The notes under the pieces were generated by a model. The model had not been told where the DNA came from. It made no database searches and saw nothing but the letters and a program-made list of their open reading frames with translations. From Macrostomum lignano (Eukaryota), in contig NIVC01001483.1 in NCBI GenBank assembly GCA_002269645.1, positions 124,001 to 188,000 on the forward strand: 64,000 nt of DNA, given 5' to 3'. Position numbers and translations under genes: made by a program. This document shows positions 55,835 through 64,000 of the stretch, one piece after another. The number at the start of each line of letters is the position of its first letter. The first letter of the stretch is position 1.

Positions 55835-56690
55835 TGACAGTCTAGAGAGTGACAGGGTAGAGAGTGACAGACTAGAGAGTGACAGACTAGGGAGTGACAG
55901 ACTAGAGAGTGACAGACTAGAGAGTGACAGACTAGAGAGTGACAGACTAGAGAGTGACAGACTAGAGAGTGACAGACTAGAGAGTGACAGACTAGAGAGT
56001 GACAGACTAGAGAGTGACAGACTAGAGAGTGACAGGCTAGAGAGTGACAGACTAGGGAGTGACAGACTAGAGAGTGACAGACTAGAGAGTGACAGACTAG
56101 AGAGTGACAGACTAGAGAGTGACAGACTAGGGAGTGACAGACTAGAGAGTGACAGACTAGAGAGTGACAGACTAGAGAGTGACAGACTAGAGAGTGACAG
56201 ACTAGAGAGTGACAGGCTAGAGAGTGACAGACTAGAGAGTGACAGGCTAGAGCTTGAGTGACAGCCTAGAGAGTGACAGCCTAGAGAGTGACAGACTAGC
56301 CTGTCACTCTTAAGCCTGTCACTCTTTAGCCTGTCACTCTTTAGCCTCTCACTCTTTAGCCTATCACTCAGCTAAAGAGCGACAGACTAGAGAGTGACAG
56401 GCTAAAGAGTGACAGGGTAGAGAGTGACAGGGTAGAGAGTGACAGACTAGAAAGTGACAGACTAGAGAGTGACAGACTAGCTGAGTGATAGGCTAAAGAG
56501 TGACAGACTAGAGAGTGACAGACTAGAGAGTGACAGACTAGAGAGTGACAGACTAGCTGAGTGATAGGCTAAAGAGTGACAGACTAGCTGAGTGATAGGC
56601 TAAAGAGTGACAGGCTAAAGAGTGACATGCTAAAGAGTGACAGGCTAGAGAGTGACAGACTAAAGAGTGACAGCCTAGAGAGTGACAGAC
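55835..56690. repeat. 15-bp minisatellite (GACTAGAGAGTGACA) with an internal inversion
   Basis: Units switch to the reverse complement at about 56298-56372. Confidence 0.93.
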
Positions 56691-57214
56691 AACAAATCAT
56701 GAATGCTTTCAGACAGGCAGCCACGCCGCTCGCAGCTGTGACAGCCCAGTGCATGCTTAACGTCCAGTGACTTTAACAAAGCAAGGCTATTTAGATTACC
56801 CAGTCGCTATTGGCTACTATACCAGTAGGAACGTAACGGCACAGTAAAATCAATTATAAAAAATTATGAAATCCCCAGTTGATTCGCTCCCAATGTGAGT
56901 TAAACTCGAAAAACTGTGTTTTTACTTTAATCACTTTGAAATACTGAAATTGCAGTGCCCTTCTGCAGTTTATGCAACAACACTATAAATCTATTTACCC
57001 TGTATACCGGTATGTGCTCGTGACGATTGCCAAAAATTCACTTGTATGTCTAACAGCGATTTGTAAATTTTTCGATTATTACAGAATGATAATTGCTCAT
57101 TCCAGACAGTTTAAAACTCTACTACTTATAGCAATATAGCGATTAAATAAAGCCATTATTTCTTAGTTATGCCTGACAATGACGCGTAAATCTTGACTTT
57201 ATTCAGCATGCAGT

Positions 57215-58100
57215 GATGCCTCCAGCTCTGATCATTGTGGCGCCTCCAGCTCTGATCCTTGTGGCGCCTCCAGCTCTGATCCTTGTGGCGCCTCCAGCTC
57301 TGATCATTGTGGCGCCTCCAGCTCTGATCATTGTGGCGCCTCCAGCTCTGATCATTGTGGCGCCTCCAGCTCTGATCATTGTGGCGCCCTCACTCCCTCC
57401 AGCTCTGATCATTGTGTCGCCTCCAGCTCTGATCTTTGTGGCGCCTCCAGCTCTGATCATTGTGGCGCCCTCACTCCCTCCAGCTCTGATCCTTGTGGCG
57501 CCTCCAGCTCTGATCATTGTGGCGCTGGCACCTCCAGCTCTGATCATTGTGTCGCCTCCAGCTCTGATCTTTGTGGCGCCTCCAGCTCTGATCATTGTGG
57601 CGCCTCCAGCTCTGATCATTGTGGCGCCTCCAGCTCTGATCATTGTGGCGCCTCCAGCTCTGATCATTGTGGCGCTGGCACCTCCAGCTCTGATCATTGT
57701 GGCGCTGGCGCCTCCAGCTCTGATCATTGTGGCGCCTCCAGCTCTGATCTTTGTGGCGCCTCCAGCTCTGATCATTGTGGCGCCCTCACTCCCTCCAGCT
57801 CTGATCCTTGTGTCGCCTCCAGCTCTGATCTTTGTGGCGCCTCCAGCTCTGATCATTGTGGCGCCCTCACTCCCTCCAGCTCTGATCCTTGTGTCGCCTC
57901 CAGCTCTGATCTTTGTGGCGCCTCCAGCTCTGATCATTGTGGCGCCCTCACTCCCTCCAGCTCTGATCCTTGTGTCGCCTCCAGCTCTGATCTTTTTGGC
58001 GCCTCCAGCTCTGATCATTGTGGCGCCCTCACTCCCTCCAGCTCTGATCCTTGTGGCGCCTCCAGCTCTGATCATTGTGGCGCCATCACTGGCGCCTTCC
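57215..58100. repeat. 24-bp minisatellite (GCGCCTCCAGCTCTGATCATTGTG) with insertion variants
   Basis: Source of the APPALIIV / MIRAGGAT ORFs. Confidence 0.93.
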
Positions 58101-58789
58101 TATTGAGATTTCGAATCATATAACACTTAGTAATATTATTAAGAAGCGACTTGAGCAAATCCTACTCAATATTTTAGTTAAAATTCCAACCAGATTTTCA
58201 TGATTTGTGAAAACATTTATTAATAGTTAGATTTTATAGCGCAGAATTGTGCAACTGAGGTTTCAAAAACGACTTTTAGCAACTTTTTTGTGCGGGCAAT
58301 GATTTGACCTTCATAGTTACAGCATAAGATAGCAACAGACAAGGCCAAATCAAAACAGGAAAGAAAGATGGAATTATTCGAATAAAATTTTACGCAATCC
58401 GAATTACACAAATTAAGTCGACTCACATTTTACCGTAGTTTAAAAAGAGAAGAAATTGTGGCATACGCGAATGACACTACTACTGTGCTGTGAGTAGAGC
58501 GATGAGTAGGAGGTAAGCCGTTTATGCCGTTGTTTTTTAGCCATTTTCAAACGATATTTTTTATCTACTAATAATTAAAAATAGGTTAATAAAATACTTT
58601 TACTAATGAGTATTTTATTGCACCTTGGAAATTTAATTTAGACAAATTCAAAACTGTACTACACAGAAGTCTAACACGCAGATTAATGACGCAAGAATAA
58701 AGAGACCGTGGCGACCGGTTGAGGCAAAAAGGGAGACGAATCAGCGCTGAGTTCCCTGAGAACCTTCTAACGAGCGATATGAGCGGTCA

Positions 58790-59365
58790 GGGAATGCTGG
58801 AAGGGGTCAGGGGGTGCTGGAAGGGGTCAGGGGGTGCTGGAAGGGGTCAGGGGGTGCTGGAAGGGGTCAGGGTCTGCTGGAAGGGGTCAGGGGGTGCTGG
58901 AAGGGGTCAGGGGGTGCTGGAAGGGGTCAGGGTCTGCTGGAAGGGGTCAGGGTCTGCTGGAAGGGGTCAGGGTCTGCTGGAAGGGTCAGGGTCTGCTGGA
59001 AGGGGTCAGGGTCTGCTGGAAGGGGTCAGGGGGTGCTGGAAGGGGTCAGGGGGTGCTGGAAGGGGTCAGGGGGTGCTGGAAGGGGTCAGGGGGTGCTGAA
59101 TGGAATCAGGGGGGGCTGGAAGGGGTCAGGGGGTGCTGGAAGGGGTCAGGGTCTGCTGGAAGGGGTCAGGGTCTGCTGGAAGGGGTCAGGGTCTGCTGGA
59201 AGGGGTCAGGGAGTGCTGGAAGGGGTCAGGGTCTGCTGGAAGGGGTCAGGGGGTGCTGGAAGGGGTCAGGGGGTGCTGGAAGGGGTCAGGGGGTGCTGAA
59301 TGGAATCAGGGGGTGCTGGAAGGGGTCAGGGGGTGCTGGAAGGGGTCAGGGGGTGCTGGAAGGGG
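58790..59365. repeat. 20-bp G-rich minisatellite (GGAAGGGGTCAGGGGGTGCT)
   Basis: Tandem array just 3' of the homeobox gene; G-run spacing is compatible with G-quadruplexes. Confidence 0.95.
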
Positions 59366-59434
59366 TCCCCAATCCGCAGTCAAAATGTGTACCAAAATCA
59401 GCAGTCAAAGGTTCACTGATGCAGAAACCGATCG

Positions 59435-60460
59435 TCAAGGTGAAGAATGTCCATCAGGCGAGGATGCCTCAGCGCCACTGAACAGGTGCGACTGAGGCGT
59501 CACGTTGGTAGCGGCGGCGGCGGAGCCGCTCAAGCCGGCCAGCCGGTAGAGATCGAACCCCGGCACGCTGCGACCCTCTTGCAGCGGTTTCACATAGCGC
59601 CTCCGAGCGTTGATAAACCAGTTGTTCACGGTGGTCTTGGTCAGCTGGGTGTCCCTGGCCAAGGACTCTTTCTGCTCCTCGGACGGGTAGGGCTGGTGCA
59701 GGTTGGTTGCCAGCCAGTGGAACAAAGTCCGCCGAGCGCTGTAGGGCAGGTTGGGTCGGGAGCCTCGCTTTGCCGAGCACCAGTCCAGCTGCTGCTGCTG
59801 CTGTTGTCCTTGACTTTGACGCCGTCCATCGCAGGACAAGTCGGTTGCTGTCACCGCTGTCTCGTCGTTCTCCTCATCTAATTCGGCGATGTCGGTTGAT
59901 GCCGGTGCGCTGCTGTCGCCTGCGGCTGACCACCTCAACGGCGTTGAAAACAGCGACTGTGACACCGCGGCTGAGGTCTGCTGCTGCATCGGCATCGGAG
60001 GAGGCGGCGGCGGTAGAGCCGACATGAACAGGGACTGCATCTGACGGTGGTGAAGGTGCTGTTGATGTTGCTGATGCTGCTGCTGACTCGAGCTGGCCTG
60101 CAGAGCGGCCAAGGACTGCTGCAGAGCCATCCAGGCGAATATCGACTGGAAACTGCTGAGTGGGGGCGGCGGCGGCTGCGGCGCTGGCGGTGGAGGCGGC
60201 GGCAGAGGCGGCAGAGAGGGCTGGTAGACAGACAGCTGCTGATGCTGGTGGTGCAGAGGCGAGATGACATCCTGCAGCCGTCTGACTGAGGCGGAGGTGA
60301 CGCCGGCGTTGCTGACGACGCTTGGAGCGGCGCGTTTCCGACGGGATTTCGACGGCGAGCCTGCAGAGATATCGCTGTGGCTCGGGACCGTCAGGGCCGG
60401 TCGCGAGGCCTCAGATTCCTTGGGCGTCTTCGGCTCCAGGACCTCGGATTGAGGCTGCAT
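59435..60460 (-). CDS. TALE-class homeobox transcription factor
   Basis: Homeodomain RPNLPYSARRTLFHWLATNLHQPYPSEEQKESLARDTQLTKTTVNNWFINARRRYVKPL (three-residue loop extension before PYP; WFINARRR). Q/P/H-rich N-terminus; single 341-aa ORF. Confidence 0.92.
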   Translation of the reverse strand: MQPQSEVLEPKTPKESEASRPALTVPSHSDISAGSPSKSRRKRAAPSVVSNAGVTSASVRRLQDVISPLHHQHQQLSVYQPSLPPLPPPPPPAPQPPPPPLSSFQSIFAWMALQQSLAALQASSSQQQHQQHQQHLHHRQMQSLFMSALPPPPPPMPMQQQTSAAVSQSLFSTPLRWSAAGDSSAPASTDIAELDEENDETAVTATDLSCDGRRQSQGQQQQQQLDWCSAKRGSRPNLPYSARRTLFHWLATNLHQPYPSEEQKESLARDTQLTKTTVNNWFINARRRYVKPLQEGRSVPGFDLYRLAGLSGSAAAATNVTPQSHLFSGAEASSPDGHSSP

Positions 60461-60519
60461 TGCATTGGGTATGCGCGGCTGGATATAGCAGGTTTAAGGG
60501 GGGTACCAGATTGGGTAGG

Positions 60520-61285
60520 GGAGAGAGGGAGAAAATAAGACAAGAGAGTGTGAGGTTAGATGAGAGTAGATGAGGGTAAGTGGAGGAAAGAAGAAGGTAG
60601 AAGAGGGTGAAAAAGAGTAGAGGAGGGCAAAAGAGGTTAAATGAGGATAGAGGAGTGTAGGGGAGTGTAGAGGAGTGTAGAAGAGGGTAGAAGAGAGTAG
60701 AGGAAGGTAGAGGAAGGTAGAGGAGTGTAGAGGAGGGTAGAAGAGTGTAGGGGAGTGTAATGGAGGGTAGAGGAGTGTAGAGGAGTGTAGAGGAGGGTAG
60801 AGGAGTGTAGAAGAGGGTAGAAGAGAGTAGAGGAAGGTAGAGGAAGGTAGAGGAGGGTAGAGGGAGGGTAGAGGGAGGGTAGAGGAGGATAGAAGAGTGT
60901 AGGGGAGTGTAATGGAGGGTAGAGGAGTGTAGAGGAGTGTAGAGGAGGGTAGAGGAGGGTAAAGGGAGGGTAAAGGAGGGTAGTGGAGGGTAGTGGAGGA
61001 TAGAGGAGGGTAGAGGAGTGTAGAGGAGTGTAGAGGAGTGTAGAGGAGGGTAGTGGAGGGTAGAGGGAGGGTAAAGGAGGGTAGTGGAGGATAGAGGAGG
61101 GTAGAGGAGTGTAGAGGAGTGTAGAGGAGGGTAGTGGAGGGTAAAGGGAGGGTAAAGGAGGGTAGTGGAGGATAGAGGAGGGTAGAGGAAGGTAGAGGAG
61201 AGTAGATAAGAGTAGAGGGGGTAGAGGAGGGTAGAGGAGAGTAGTGGAGGGTAGAGGAGTGTAGAAGAAGGTAGAGGAGAGAGTA
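60520..61285. repeat. GA-rich (GTAGAGGAG-type) array in the probable first intron of the homeobox gene
   Basis: Lies between a minus-strand donor-like CAG|GTGGAC near 61310 and the ORF start. Confidence 0.85.
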
Positions 61286-62264
61286 AATGGCCGAAAAATG
61301 AGAGTCCACCTGGCCAAAAAGCACACTAGACAATTATGATGAAGCCGCACGCGACAAGAACGGGAGCGCCAATGTTCGCAGGACAACAAACAGTTGCAAG
61401 CATCTCTCGCCCTGCCTGACTGTCACTCAGCTTGGGACCACCCGCTGCGAGCACAGGAGTGAAATCCAGTGATAAGGAGAATGGAAGAGACTTGAGGGTG
61501 TCACTTCACTGCTTTCTAAGTATACCTATACAATGCAAGGTATGCAAGATGAGGGAGTAATGGATACCAGGTGACATTTTCCATTTAGAAAGGTAAGGTA
61601 ACAGTTGGTCCTGTCAAGTTAGAACTGATCCCATATCTGGGCAGGCAAATCTGAACACAAATGGGAAGTGTGAGCGAGTTGCGCAAGCTAGTTGAGATAC
61701 AGTAGCGGATAAAATATCCAGCCTATTGTGTGTCGAAGATTTTGTGAGGAGATTTTTCAAGCCCCCCCGTCATTACACTACGACAGCAATTGTGTCAACA
61801 CTGACCCAACTGGCCACTTTACTGGCGTGCTTGGGGAAGATTCCCCTACCTGATAGTCTCGCTCGCTTTTGCGGTCCTTATTACCTTTCGGCCGAAATTT
61901 GCAGAAAGAAAAACAGTGATGGATACTTGGGTAGGGAAGAAATCTTGATTTGCTAGGCTGGGAGTCCCTTAAGAAACGCGCGTTGCTTTTAATGAACAAA
62001 GGGACTGCTTTGTAGATAGATAGGTAGATACAAAACAACAGGGGCTGGTTAGGACAGTTATATTGGGTGGACAGCCACTCTTAAATTCTCAAGTGTCAAT
62101 CAAAAACCGTCTTTTACAGTAAATATGTAAAGTGCTTGATCAACATCAAATAATATGAGGAACTAAATTCAAGCTATAGTTAGAGATAAAATGTCATCAT
62201 TATTTATACTTGTAACCAATTTCCCACCTCTTCTGCGCGTTTTGAAGACTCCCGGGCCGGAGAA

Positions 62265-62770
62265 GGGTAGAATAGAGGGTAGAACCGAGGGTAGAACACA
62301 GGGTAGAACACAGGGTAGAACACAGGGTAGAACACAGGGTAGAACAGAGGGTAGAACACAGGGTAGAACACAGGGTAGAACATAGGGTAGAACACATGGT
62401 AGAATACAGGGTAGAACAGAGAGTAGAACAGAGGGTAGAACATCAGAACATAGGGTAGAACACAGGGTAGAACACAGGGTAGAACATCAGAACATAGGGT
62501 AGAACACAGGGTAGAACACAGGGTAGAACAGAGGGTAGAACAGAGGGTAGAACAGAGGGTAGAACAGAGGGTGAAACAGAGGGTAGAACAGAAAATAGAA
62601 CACAGGGTAGAGCAGAGGGTAGAACAGAGGGTAGAACAGAGGGTAGAACAGAGGGTGAAACAGAGGGTAGAACAGAAAATGGAACACAGGGTAGAGCAGA
62701 GGGTAGAACAGAGGGTAGAACAGAGGGTGAAACAGAGGGTAGAACAGAAAATAGAACACAGGGTAGAATA
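62265..62770. repeat. 12-bp minisatellite (GGGTAGAACASA)
   Basis: Direct tandem array with a larger repeated block in its right half. Confidence 0.92.
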
Positions 62771-63504
62771 CACACGTTGAAAAGAGACTTAGAAGAGAAA
62801 GCAATAGTTTGAAACCAGCCCAGCCAATTGCCAACGGAATTTGCCAACCACATGGGCTGACAGACAGACTTTCGGTTTGAAATTTTGACAGGCACCTCCC
62901 CAATGCCAACAGGACTATCAGGGCTGAAGCGAAATGAAGTAACGAAAGCCGCATGCTGTTTCCCACGCTTCGGTCATGCCGGGAGACAGACTCTTCCCTT
63001 CCTGACATCCGGGCTGACAGTTGCCTGCCCGTCTGAGGCCAGACAGACCACCATAGGCAGTAATGCTCTTCAAGCAATTAGAAATTATACAAACCCGACA
63101 AAATAATTAGCGATGAAGAGAGAGAGAGCAGGGTTTTTTGCTTGCAGTTTCACACGCTCAGCTGTGCCAGAGTCAGGGGAGGGCGAATCCAAACTGGAGA
63201 GAGAGATGGACGAAGAAATTTGACTCTGTGCGCAGGCCCGATTCAGATAGGGGGGGGGGGGTTCCGTTTAAGTTCACAAAAGCAACTTCCTTCCTTCCTT
63301 CCCTCCTTAGCTGTTTGGGGTCTAAGGGACCTATATTTTTTAATTTTTAACGATTGCTAAATAGTGTCCGTATTTCTATAACCAATGGGCCGCCAGCGGC
63401 TGCGATAATTGTTTGAATAATTAATTAATTACGAGTATGTCAGCTCTCGTGCGCATATCTTGAATTCAACGATCCTCTTGAATTCTCTTTGGTCTTCTCT
63501 GTCA

Positions 63505-63725
63505 CTCTCCGCCTGTCACTCTCAATATGTCACTCTCACTCTGTGACTCTCACTCTGTCACTCTCACTCTGTCACTCTCATTCTGTGACTCTCACTCTGT
63601 GACTCTCACTCTGTGACTCTCACTCTGTGACTCTCACTCTGTCACTCTCACTCTGTCACTCTCACTCTGTCACTCTCACTCTGTCACTCTCACTCTGTCA
63701 CTCTCAATCCCTGTCACTCTAATTT
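63505..63725. repeat. 12-bp minisatellite (CTGTSACTCTCA)
   Basis: Shares the GAGTGACAG core, in reverse orientation, with the 55835-56690 array. Confidence 0.9.
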
Positions 63726-64000
63726 GTCACTCATTCTACTACCCTCCACCCCATTCCCTCCCAATGGCTGTAATTAACGAGATCATTTAAACCAGGCCAA
63801 GAGCAATAAAAGCCAATCTTTTGTATCCAGCGAGAGAGCCGCCTAGCAACCTAGCAACTGGGACTTCTCGGCGAATGCGCACGGGGGGGAGACAATTAAA
63901 GCGGCAGAGGCTGAAGCGGTCAGGACCCTGAGACGGATGACTCACTCCAGGAAAAGCAGCAAGAAGAGTAACTCGGCGCCCCTGACTTCGAGTTTCCATC

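Noticed and set aside
61400-64000. Short ORFs upstream of the homeobox gene and at the window end
   Set aside because: No motifs or consistent exon chain; probably regulatory or repeat DNA.

Overview
This is eukaryotic (animal) genomic DNA with GT-AG introns. GC-rich exons alternate with AT-rich spacers, and minisatellite arrays fill most introns. The style resembles a free-living flatworm such as Macrostomum; that is an inference I could not verify. The left half (about 4.7-29 kb) looks like an innate-immunity-type cluster in birth-and-death turnover. It holds a fibrinogen-domain gene with a premature stop, an ankyrin-repeat + MAP3K-like kinase gene, and two tandem minus-strand ankyrin + Mab-21/cGAS-like nucleotidyltransferase (cGLR-type) genes. 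One cGLR copy is decayed; the other keeps all catalytic motifs. Interleaved are an RTE LINE, a Gypsy integrase remnant, DINE/Helentron-like repeats, a non-autonomous hAT element and a foldback-like inverted duplication next to an antisense copy of a kinase exon piece. The right half holds a deleted mariner, PDK1, a puromycin-sensitive-type M1 aminopeptidase, a Dok-like PH-PTB adaptor and a TALE homeobox gene. Most long ORFs in the supplied track are artefacts of tandem repeats. The most interesting candidate system is the ANK-cGLR pair beside an ANK-kinase, an arrangement reminiscent of OAS/RNase L logic.
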